A DNA stretch of 63,986 nucleotides, counting the filler, from Reclinomonas americana ATCC 50394 (taxonomy: Eukaryota): assembly GCA_048213135.1 (NCBI GenBank). It is 8 parts of 8 records of this genome, joined end to end, with 100 filler letters (N's around TTAATTAATTAA, not from the genome) between each part and the next. Parts side by side here need not be neighbours in the genome. Positions count along the whole stretch, not along the records: positions 35,663 to 47,633 come from AFZH01019991.1; positions 47,734 to 59,980 come from AFZH01019992.1; 6 more parts are not named here. One strand, written 5' to 3'. Under the pieces are notes generated by a model. That model saw only the letters and a list, made by a program, of their open reading frames with translations, had not been told where the DNA came from and did not search any database. Within the stretch, counting starts at the first letter, position 1. Every line of letters begins with the position of its first letter. Shown here one piece after another: positions 36,556-48,339 of the stretch. Both the position numbers and the translations under genes were made by a program.

Positions 36556-39500
36556 TTAGCGGAACAGCAGCTGCACGACAAAGGGGATGGTGTGTGTGAA
36601 GATGAGTGGTGTGGTGGCATCGCGTGGAAGCAGGTCGGAGAGCGCGGCTGTGGGTTGGACGGTGGGCGGTAGGTCGGGTTTGGTGGTGCTGTCGACGAGG
36701 TGCGCGCGTGCGGCGAGTGTTGGATCGTGTCCCAGGCGCAGGAGGAGCAAGCAGAAGACGGCGTCGGGGTCGCCGTGTGTGTAGAGGACGTGGAGGAGGC
36801 GCTGTGCGGCGTCGCGTACTTGTTCGTGTTGTCGGTCGTCGAGGCAGAAGATGAGATGGTCGACGAGGTCGCCCGCTGCCTCGGCGGCGAGTAGTTCGGC
36901 GGTGGTGGCGGCGTAGGCGAGCAGCTCCAGTGTTGAGCAGAGGAGGCGGTGGCGGAAGGAGAAGCGCTCCGTGTCGTCGGCGGTGGCGAGCACCGGTACC
37001 ATTTGCATGTCGGGTCGCAGGCGTTCCTTCTTCTTCTTGCGCGACGGACCGCCGCTGCGCACGAGCCGAGTGAGACAAAGAATCGCACGCGCGGGTAAGG
37101 AGTTTGTGCTCGTACAGTACCTTGACGCCGCGGCGGGTGGCACAATGTTTCGCAACTCCGCCATGGTGAGCAGAGAACTGGAGGCCGACGAGGCCGAGGC
37201 CGCCGTCGCCTGCTGCTTCAGGCGTTGCGAGAACAAATCGCGCTCGCGACGAAGCACACCGAGCAGCGTCGGCAGCAAGTCGCGTGAGAAACGCTGGTGC
37301 ATGAACTCGCCGCCGGCGGCACGCACAATCGAGTGTACGAGGGTGACGGCGGCGAGTCGCACCGGTCGTTCATCGGCACTCTGTGTATGAGCACAAGTCG
37401 TGAGCAACTGCAGGCGCAACAATCTGGGAGCTCGATGCAGCGCACCTCCAGACGACGGCACACATGTGGCCACAATCGCGGCACAGTTGGTCGGCTGGTG
37501 CGCGGGTACTGCAGGAGACAGGCGGAGAGCGCCCGATCCAGCAGCGACAGTGTGCTCACGCGCACACGCACCGCCGGGTGACCAATAAAGTGTTGCAGCT
37601 TGTCGACCACCTTGCGACACAGCTCCGCCACCGCACTGGGCGCTGGCGCGGCAGCCGTCGGGTCTTCGCTCTCCTCGGGTTCCGGAAAGGCAGGCGCGCA
37701 CACCGCGAGGTAGTCGATCATGTTGCGCAGAGCGCCGAGAAACGCGAGCAGTGCTGCTTCGCGATGGTACACGTCGTCCAACGACAGCATCACCGTGTCG
37801 ATGGTGTCGGCCACCAGCGGCAGGCTGCGAGCGGCAGCCTCGGCCGTCGCCATTGACGTTGCATCCAGGCACGCCAAGGCCGCCTGCAACGCCGTGACGG
37901 CACCACTGGAGATATCGTTGAATCTGCGAAAAGGAGGTGAGGAAGCATGGTGTGATGCATACGACGAGTGTGTGCACGTTGCGCAACTTGAGGTTGCGGC
38001 ACACGACATCGATAATGTAGTCGAGGTTGTCGCGCATCAACTGCGGCACGCCCTCCGTGCATCCCGTGGCAACAGCAATGCGTGCCAGCGTGGCCCTGCA
38101 CCATTAGCAGGTGAGTGTGTCATCACCCGTCGAGTCCAATTACACCGATCGTGCTCTCAATCGCTCACCTGGCACTCTCTGCCACACGCGCATCCACCGC
38201 CTGCGACCACTCGAGCACCACACACAGCAAGTGGCGCAGCTTGCGCGCAAACCGAGCTCCCATCACCAGTGCGACATTGCCGATGCCTTCCAGAGCGATC
38301 GCTCGGCAGTAACTCGTCACGGCCACCGAGTGCGCTGTGGCGGTCGTACAACCCGCTGTCAATTGCAGAATTGTGCGATGAGAAACACAAGCACACACAC
38401 ATACACACACACCAGAAGACGTCTCTGCAGTCGATTCCGACAAGCGACCAGTGTCGACAAACTCATCCAGCAGCATATCCAGCACTCCTGCGCACGGTGA
38501 GCACGACAGCAACGTGGACGAGAGAGAGGGTATAGACGACGACTGACCCGACTCTGCGCGTACGCCACTGGCCACAGCTGCGAGTACCGTCAGCGCTGCG
38601 GCGCGATCAATGGACCTGTCGAGACCAGAAAGAGTCGGCACACAAGACTCAACAACGTATCCGCAATCGCCACTCGAACGCAACGTGTGCTGCACAACCT
38701 CCATGCACAGGGTACGCGCGACCGAGCCCGGTGCGTTGCCGAGAGAGCGACACAACTCGACAGCGCACTGCACGGTGTTTGCGTCGCGCGTGTTCACAAA
38801 GAATTTGCGTGGATACGACGGAAGCGAGGGCGACGATGAGCTCGCGCCACCGTCACTCACTGCCGAGCAGAGCAGCGTCAGGACTCGTGAGCAAAAAACG
38901 ATGTAAATAACGTGCATCACACCTCCAGCCGGCAGCACTTCTTCCACGTGTACCAGGGCCGACTCGTCGAGATCCGGCTGCAATGCGAGGCACAATGTGC
39001 GCGATAACCTCGTCACCACGGTCGGCAACACGTCGTTCAACGACGGGCCCAGCAGCTGCACGTAGGCACGCAGCAGGAGCAGTGACTGACGCTTCTCCTC
39101 CTCCGAGAGTGACACGCGCAGGCACTTGGCGAGATCAAACTGCAGCTGGTGGACGCGCTCCGCAACAATGGCAGCCAACGTGCCCGTGGTCGACTGCCCA
39201 ACTCAGGCGATGAGTGCATCGTTAAGCATCCTCAACCACACAGCAGGCACACAAACCCCCTGGGAGACGGCGGTTGCGAGGCGCTCCAACTCGGCCCGAC
39301 AGCGACTGCCGAGTGCGGAATCTTGGTCAGCGGCCGAACCGAGAATAATCAGATCGAGGGCCGGTGGCAAGCATGCCGCCAGTGAGCGTTGACATGAGTG
39401 GACAAGCGACACTGCCAGCTCTGTGAGAGCCAGTCGCACACGCACATCAGAGGCCGAGTAGTGCGCGAGACTGCAAGATGGTGGTGAGGACGATAATTTC

Positions 39501-40978
39501 TCAACAGAATTCGCATGCACAGACCTGAGAGCTTGCTGCAGAACCTTGCCGAGGCGGGCTGCCGTCTCTGCCACCCACCGCTCATCAACGCGCACTTGCG
39601 GAAGGCGCGACTTGTCATCCGAAAACGACGACGGCGGCTCCGCACGGTTCGCCGACGACGATCCACCACCACCACCACCACCAGCGTCCAGCAAGCCCAT
39701 CATGCGCATCTCATCGACGAGACTGTCAAACGAGGTCGGCGCCCGTGCCGACGGCAACAGCGTCTGCACGGCCTCGTCTGACAGCACTCGCAGCACCGTG
39801 CGTCGCATAATGTCCACTGCATGCAACAAGAAGAAGGTGAGATGCCAGGATATAAAACCCCTCACCACAGTGCCCTTCATCACACACCGGCCTTGGCGCG
39901 TGCCGCCGAGGCCACAGTCACCGACGGCACCTGTGCGGCCAGCAGGCGAAGAGCCGACACGATACCAGGGAGTGCGCCGATCAAGTGCACCTGTCGCACC
40001 CACTCGCTGCCACACAGGGCGGCCACCACATCCAGCGCCGTCTCCAGCACTGCGTCAAACGCGAGTGAGCCACGAGACGCACACACCAAGCACACGAATG
40101 GCGACACACCTTCACGCGCCACACCCGTGCCAGTGCCGTGTCGCGACTGCGCCGCCTGTCGACACACTCCGAGAGCGGCCGTCAAGAACAGTGCATGCGA
40201 GCCCTGCAGCCGCTCGTCTGCGAACGCCAGCACATGTGAGCAACTCCTGCCTTTTGCAGCTGTCTCTCTTGTTCGCACACGCACCATGCGCTGCTGGATC
40301 CAGCTCCGTCAGCCTCTCATCGCTCAGTGCCCGTCCAAACGAAGTCAGAAACTGGGCGACTGCGGCGAGCGTGGCCAGCTGCAGCTCCTCCAGCGAGGTG
40401 CCGGCCTTGGATCCTGTTGTCCGCATAAGAGATGAGCACAGTGTGGGGGGTGTGCGAGGGAGGGCACCAGGGGTACCATCGGGTGCGCTGGAGAATGTCT
40501 CGCGAGTCAACAACATGAGCATCTCTGCAGTCATCCACAGCGCAGGATCCGGAGGCGGTGGCAGTGCAGAGTCTGCAGAGGCCACCAGCAGGGCTCGGAG
40601 ACACGACAGTCCACTTTCACGCACGCGCAGAGGGCACTTGCTGCTTCCCGAGTGTGTGAGGAGAGAGAGAGATTGATGGAGGAGAGAATGCATGCGCACA
40701 CACCGCTCGAGGCACACAAAGCGCAGTGGAAGCAACACATACTCGTATGCTCCACGCATCATGTCCACAGGCGATGATTGCAGGAGGGCAGTGAGCGCCT
40801 GCAAGTGTGACAACACAGTCGCTGTGTGGCGATGTTTCCTTGAGAGATGAGAGAGGATCGCACCCTTCTCATACACACACACACCTGCTGAGGAGGCGTC
40901 ACCTCCGCGCACCATCTGCGACACGGCCTCGAGTAGAGGCACGCATGTGAGTCGCAGAGTGGGAAAGCGTGCGTCCAT
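36556..40978 (-). CDS. TTI1: TELO2-interacting protein 1 (TTT complex HEAT-repeat protein)
   Basis: Motifs YEYVLLPL, LPGIVSAL, VRLAL.ELA..LVHSCQRSL, L.RDNLDYIID.V..NL, GEFM.QRF..D.LP and DPDAVF are characteristic of TTI1 as recalled. Confidence 0.8.
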
Positions 40979-41026
40979 GCACTTGTAACAGAAATGAATG
41001 AAGAAGGGAGGAAGGACGAGGACAAC

Positions 41027-43143
41027 TCAAGTGTACATTGGCGCAGCAGTGGGCGGTGGAGGAAGCACAAGCGCAGAGTCTGCACAGTGCATCTCTTCTT
41101 CCTCTCCAACCTCTTCCTCCTCGTCCTCCTCGCCTTCCATCGGCTGTGCTGGTGGTGGTGGCGGAGGCGGAGGACCGCCGGCACTCGGATCTTCACAGAT
41201 CTGCATCCACTTGTGCCGTGGGCGGCCCGGCTCGGCCCATCTGCACACAGAGGATGAGCAACAGCAGAGGTTGCTGCATCGGCGACAGGCAAACAAACGC
41301 AACAGTTCCAGCATCGACAGCGGCTCGACGTACGGCAACATGGTCTCCAGAATTTCGTACCCACAGAGTGGTTTCCTCTCGCCACCATCTGCAAAGCAAC
41401 GACCCGTGAGTGGCACTGCGCCTGCTGCCTTGGCCTCAAGCCACACTGACCACTGGCCACTTGCACAAAATCGAAAAACACGTCGGAGCTGGCTTGATTG
41501 TTCAGCTCCAGTTCCGAGTCCTTGGCTTTCGAGGCCTGCAACACACGTCCATCAGCATACAGTCACACCATCATCGCTCGGCACACGCGACTCAACTTGT
41601 CGAAACATGAACATGGTGAGATGGGAACGCTGGAAGAACCGCGACGGCTGCATCTCAAACGTGTCGTTGGCGCGCAGCTTGATCCACGCCATGTTCTCCA
41701 CGTACGTGAAACCAATCTCCTCCATCAAGTCGAACGTCTGCCACGATTGTTCAGCGCCCCCCCACTATACGCAGACATGCACAAGTGTGTGCAAAACACA
41801 CTGCACCTCCATGATGAAATGCTTCTCAAGCCAGATGCAAATGTAGCCGCGAGGAACAACACGCTGCAACTGAAGTGGTCTCTGCCAGCAGCACAACGCA
41901 TGTCAGCACGGAAAAAAATTCCCTCTCTATTCCCATGCCGCCACGCACCAGCCACGACGGCACAAAGCCCTTGTGCATCGGCGGATTGATGAGCACGACG
42001 TTAAAGTCGCGTCCGAGTGTGGCGAGATCAAATGCGCGGACGTCGGGAACCGTGTGGCATCTGTGCACATGGCAGTGAGGCTGTGGATCTCCTGCCAACG
42101 GAAGGAGACGACGCACTGATACGGTTCTGCCACGGGTGGTGGTCGGGAGGAGAACGGTTGGACGGTGAAACCCCACGTGAACGGCAGTGGTTCCTTGTCG
42201 ACATTGGGCAACTGCGTGCGCTCCGGCTGGAACCCAGTGTCGTGCGTCTCCACTTCAGTGCTGCACCTATCGTCAGAACACGTGCACAAAGCAACCTTGT
42301 GGCCAGCAGCACGCACCCCACACGCTTGCGAAAGGCAAACGGACGACCACGAGCGTCGGTAAACAGCGCACCACCACGCATGTTCTTCACCGACGACTCC
42401 TGCATGGAACCACTCGACGCCCTGCCTCGCAGACTTCCGCCCTTGCGTCTCCGTCGCGCTCGATCCATATCCGCCTCCTCGTCTACCTCCACCGGCAGCA
42501 CATCCTCGTCGACCCACCTGACACGCACCTCGTTGAGCGCACAGCCAACAAACGAATAGTCACTCCAGTCTCACATTGCCGCGCTGTCATCACTGTAGAA
42601 GCCCTCCTCATCGTCCATGATCGCCGCCGACGAAGTCGCACGTCGCATTGTCGACTTGTGCGTTTGCTCCTCCAGCGCGGCCAGTGTCTCCGGAGTCACA
42701 TATGAAGTCTGCTGGAAGCACAGTTGCTGGAACTCGGCATCCTCCTGTCTCACACGTGAGCGCAAGACCCGCATAGAGGAAAGGCACACACAGTCTCTGA
42801 CCTCGCGGTTAATGTCCTCGGGCTCTGTGCTTCCGCGTGTGAGACAACTGATCATCATCTTTCTCTCTCTCTCTCTGTCTTACTCTCACCTATGCCGCGT
42901 TCTCGTGCCAGTTGCTCAGCAATCTGATCGGCGATCTTGAACTTGAGCGCCACCATCTCGGGTGACTCTTGATCGAGAGCATAGCCGAGCCAAAAGATGC
43001 TGAGTGAGAGTGAGCAAGACTGTATGTGCGTTCTTGCTCTCTCTCTCTCTCTGCGCCCACCTTGGTGCCGTGTTTTCGTGACGCGTCTTTCTCCTCGTCT
43101 GCATTCGTGTTTGTGTTGCAACCTTCGTTCCCGCGTTTTCCAT
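41027..43143 (-). CDS. MT-A70 family protein of the MTA9/AMT6-7 type (non-catalytic subunit of the MTA1c DNA 6mA methyltransferase); start could be 43104
   Basis: Spliced LGYALDQESPEMV..KF...LGRDFNVVLINPPM...VVPRGYICIWLEK...GFTYVENMAWIK...MFMFRQ...LELNNQASSDVFFDF...RKPLCGYEILETMLP...MLELWAEPGRPRHKW. MT-A70 fold with NPPM in place of DPPW. Confidence 0.75.
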
Positions 43144-43230
43144 GGGAAACGGGACGCTTCACTCATACATTTCTTTTTTTCCGGTGTTTTTTTCTTTTCC
43201 CCTTCGTGCGCTTCATGCAGCAGCGCCTCG

Positions 43231-46200
43231 CTACATGCGAACAACAGAGTGGCAGAGAGGGCACGACGCGCGCTCGAAGAAGAGGCTCTTGAGGCCTTGT
43301 CGGTGGCACGTCTGGCACGTGTACGTCTCGCTGGCGGAGACGAGCAGCGAGGCTCCCGACACCACGCACGGTGGGTGCTTGAGACCGCACTGCTCGCACT
43401 CGGTCTGCCAGTCTTGTGCGTCGGCCGCGCAGCCGGGGCAGCGGCATCGTGGACGCAACGTCGGGTCGGTGGGTGTGTGACTGTGCGAACACACCTCAAA
43501 TTAACTTCATGTCTTCTCACTGCGTCGCCTTCTCATGCTCCTCCCGCACTCACCGAGTGAAAATCTTGACTGCCAGTCGCTTGTACGCATCACGGTCCTC
43601 CTGACTCGTGTCGAGCGACTCCAGCTTGATAAAGGCGCGTGAGCACTGACCGTAGAAGCTGCGTGGCGAGCAAGAGGGGAGAACACAAATGAGTGGGAGA
43701 GGGGGACAGCAACAGCCACTTGCGCGGCCAACACGTCACGCACCGATTGAGGAATGTGGCCAAGGCAATCAGATTGTACACGTCCTTGGTGTCGAGAATG
43801 TCTTCGTAGTCGCGCAACCGCAGCGCAGTGCACATGGCCTCGTGGATCTTCTTGTTGTACAACTGGCGCTGGCACAGCATGAAGAAGTGATAGGCCTCGG
43901 CACCCCTCCAGCCGCCCTCGGTTCCACTCACGGCCGCCGTGGTTGAGGCCTCGTACTGCATGAGACCCTCCAGCACACGTGCGTGCTGCTGACCCGCTCG
44001 TGAAGGCTGCTCGAACAACTTCTTGCGGAGCTCATTGATCTGTGCGCGCGCCGCAAGCATGAGCAACTTACCCCGACGCGAGAAATCCAACACTCGAAAC
44101 AACGCACCTCGAGTGCAGCCAGCACAAAGAGCTTCTTGGCGCGAAGCGGATTGGACTTGCCGTTCGAGGGACCCGTGGCAATCTGCACCATCACCACAAT
44201 GTGTGAGATACTCGTCCAAAAATGAGCACCCGGTTTGTGCGACTCAGACCTCGCCAAGTAGCCGTGCAGCCTCGCTGTGCTGCTTGGCCTTTTGGTACAA
44301 CTCAATGGCCTGGAACTTTTCCTCCTTCTCCAGCAAGTGGTTGGCGTACTGCGACAGCAGACCCGTGATGTCCTCCAAGTGGAATTCCTCGGCGAGCTGC
44401 ACAGCTCGATCCCACTAACACGGCGAAGAGGCGAACACAGGTAAGTACATCATCACACCAAGGCAGCGGGAGAGAGAGCAACACTGGGGCGCACCTGGTT
44501 GAGTTCCACACACGTGTCGATCGCCATGCGAATCTGGTTGGCCTTGCGGAAGGCACGAATGGCCTCGTCGCACAGACCAACGCTGCGGAACTTGTCACCA
44601 ATGTCCTGCGTCGCACAAGAGAATGAGCATCACCTCCTTGTCAGGTAAGCAACACGCCCCCGCACGCACCGTCAGCAGCGGGGAGTGATCCGAGGGCGGC
44701 AGCGTGTCGGTGAGACTCGACAGGCTGTCAAAGTCCTCCAGTCGGTAGTAGCACTCGGCCAGCCGATCGTAGCTCTTGGCTTGCGCAAAGTACTGCATGG
44801 CCTTGGACCACTTTTGCCGGTCGGCGTAGTACTCGCCGAGATGATGCCACGCCTCGATGGTGGTCGTGTCATCGCCGCCACCCTCTTGCACCAGCTGCAC
44901 GACGCGGAACCAGTTGCCGAGCTTCTTGCGCAAATCCACCGCCAGATCCTTGCGATCGATCTCCTTGTAGATCTCTTCGGCCTCGTCGAAACGCTTAAAG
45001 TATGCCGCCACTTCGGCGCGCTGCTTTTGCTTGTCACCGAGAATCTGTAGCCGCTTGACAAAGTCGATGCCCTGGTAGTCCTTGGAGCGGACAAAGGCCT
45101 GCTCGGCCACCAAGAAGTCGAGCTTGTCCAGTGCCTTGTCTGCACGCACGCAAGGGAGAGAGAGAGAGAGAGATGAGCATGATGCGCAAGGTACGGCAGG
45201 GAGAATGAGAAGAAGAACTCACCGGCAAGGAGCTTCCACAGGCGCGGATGGGAGTTGTTCTCGATAAAGGAGAACGAGTCCTGAATGCTGATGCCGCTGG
45301 CCTCGAGCATTTCTCGCGTGTCGCGCAACGAGCGTGTCTCAAAGTCGATCAGGTCGTCCTTGGAGGGGTGATCGGGTTCACGCATGACGTCGTCCAGGTT
45401 GACGGCCTTGATCTTCAGGTTCTTGAACTTGCAAATCTGCGCCGACGACAGGCGCGGCTCCTCGGGGTCGAGACCGCGGAAAATGTACATGCGAGTCTTT
45501 TCCATTGTGGCAAACACGTCTGGGTTGTCGTCGGCCCTGCGCAGCGCAAACCAGTGTCAGTTGCCAAGTCACGACAGAAGAACACACGTGAATTGAGAGA
45601 CACGTACCATCGGACATCCCACACATCCTTGCGCTCAAAGCCCTCCATCATCTTGCCTCGATCCTACGGAAGAGTGCACAAAAGAGAGCGAGTGAGCGGG
45701 AGGAACTTCATGTGCCTTTGCAAAGCGCAAGTCTCGAAACCTGACTGCCATCATCCATGTTGACCATGGTCATGATGCCGTTGATGTCGACAACGGCGAG
45801 GCGCGACGACGTGTTATTCAGCGTCATGGTGTGCGGCCGGCAGTTGAGCACAAACTTGAAATCGAGGTACAAGCTGGCCATCGAGTACAGCTGCACAGTG
45901 CCAGAGGTACGCGCCACCACCAACCACTTGGAGGAGCACGTGACGCTCGAGATGACATCACTCGTCGACAAGCCAGTCGCCACAAATGTCTCGGTGGCCT
46001 GCGAGCCGCCGTGTGGATCGTCGACGCTGAAGCAGCGCACACGGGCATTCGAACGACGCAGTGCCAGGGCTGGTGGAAGTCACAGACAATGAGAACATAT
46101 GTGTGACAGATCACACACTCTCTCACGCCTCTGCAAACCAGTAGTATCGTACGAGGTGGCTCCCGAGTGCGAGCGGTACTGCCAAAAGTAGATCGAGTCC

Positions 46201-48264
46201 TCCGAAGCCACCACCACGTGCGTTCTGTGGCGACACCCGAGGAGATGAGATGCAGGGAACGGCTTGGAGGGTACATCAAGGCAACGCAACGGTGTCATGG
46301 CCATGTAAATCGGCTCGACCTGAATGTACTTGGAGTCCATGGGGCTTCCGATGGCATTGCACAGGATGAGAATGTACCTGCGTGATGAACACGGGTAAGA
46401 AACTGCGCTCCACGAGGCAGACAAGAGACAGAAGCGCGCAACTCTCCGCTATTGTCGTCCGTCTTGGTGGCCAGGCAGCAGAAATCGCCGGCAGCGCGAA
46501 TGTCAATCAGCTTCTTCACGTACTTGATGTACTTTTCGTTCGTCTTTGTGTTCCAAAACACGACACACTGCTCCACGCGGTCGGGTTTGGTGTACGCATA
46601 CACCAGCGTCTGCGGCGAAACACAACGTGAGGAATGAGACCGCAAGAGATCAAGGACAGGTAGCGTATGCGGCCGACCTTGCCAAAGTAACCCCACTTGT
46701 AGTCGGGTCGCACATTGGCAAAGTAGATGAACGAGTCGACGGCGAGACACACGCGCAACCCGTTGCCCTCCCACGAGAGCCCGTTAAAGGTCGTGCCTGG
46801 CACACGCAGCGTGCGCAGGTGCTGACCGTAGGGCGAGTAGAACTGCACAATGTTGAAGTTCTTCTGCTCGCCGGTGCTGAGGCGCATGTTCTGTGATCCA
46901 GAAATCGCCAGCACGGTGCCTGAGGCATTCCAGCAGACATGCGTCGCTCGCATGTCGGTGATCAGAATGACAGGCTCTGCGAGGGAAAATCAGTGTCCGT
47001 GACGTCTAGAGAAAGTATGGCACGCCCGCAACTGTCGTCCAACTCGTGACGCATGAGTTGGCATCGACCATTCTCGTAAGCAATGGCCAACACGGGTGCG
47101 TCGGGGTCGGCGTAACCCTCGGCACCATCGTACCAGTCGATGCCCACGCAGAGTGAGCCGTCTGGCACATCCTCCAGTGCGTACACTGGCAGGCGGGCCT
47201 GCGCGCGGAAAGAGAGTGAGACGGCCGCACGATCGTTCATGGATGCAGGGGCAACGCAACAATCGATGTGCCCGAGACGCCATCATACATGAAGACGTCG
47301 CCGCTGACGGTGCCGAAGAGCAGCAACCGACCGTCGGGTGACCAGTCGACACGCGACAGGTTCAGCTTGGTCTCCTGACCCCACAGGCGATTGCCCTCCA
47401 CCGAACCGGAAATGACGGCACCTGCGACGACGATCACGATGATCACGCTGGGCATATGCGTGCACACAGCACACACAGTGACACACTCACCATCCTGGTA
47501 AATGATGCAGATCTTGCGGCCGTCGGGAGTCCACTTCATGTCGGTGACCACGCTCTTGTTGCGCGAGTTGATCATCTCCTCGTACCACGTGCCCTTGTGC
47601 AGCATCCACACAATGATCAGGCCCTGCTCGTCANNNNNNNNNNNNNNNNNNNNNNNNNNNNNNNNNNNNNNNNNNNNTTAATTAATTAANNNNNNNNNNN
47701 NNNNNNNNNNNNNNNNNNNNNNNNNNNNNNNNNGGAGGAGGAGGAGGAAGAGGAGGAGGAGGAAGGGCTTAGAGGCATGACGCACCCTTGTGACCCTCGA
47801 GGCTTTGATTCATGGTCAGCGTGGCGCCTGGATTCTTCTTCGAGTCACCGCTGTCCAGTTGCACAACCTTGAGCAGGTTGGCCTCGCCACCGCATGCAAT
47901 CCATCCATGATCGGCATTCCAGCTGATACAATGCAGCGGGATGTTGTTGGGAATGGCAATCTACACGAGAGAGCAAGAAGAGAAAACAAAATTGAGGTCA
48001 ACGACGCAACGCGCAAGAGCGATTTCGACTGTCTGCGTGTGTGTGCGTGTGTGAGAGAGGAGAGTGAAGGGTGACTGGCAGTGCACACGCAGACGCAAGG
48101 GCACAGACACACAGCGCAAGGTGCGAGCGTGGGTTTTCGCGCCATGTCCAAACCGCCTTTAACGCCCGCTCTCTCTTGCTCACACGCAAACACACACATG
48201 TGCCAGTGGTGCGCATACACAGACACATAGACACACAGACCTTCTTTGCCAAGTAGACAAACAT
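43231..48264 (-). CDS. WDR35: WD repeat protein 35 / IFT121 (IFT-A), spans the gap at 47634-47733
   Basis: [111 protein letters not shown]-terminal CPLCH. Confidence 0.95.
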
Positions 48265-48339
48265 GGCGCCTTGTCACAGACGGCGCACGGGCTGTGTCAT
48301 CTGTCGACTGGAGCGGAGTGGTGGAAAAGCACATCAACC
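48265..48339. promoter_or_regulatory. 75-bp head-to-head intergenic region (putative bidirectional promoter) WDR35/MPP-beta
   Basis: ATG at 48264 (-) and ATG at 48340 (+). Confidence 0.55.
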
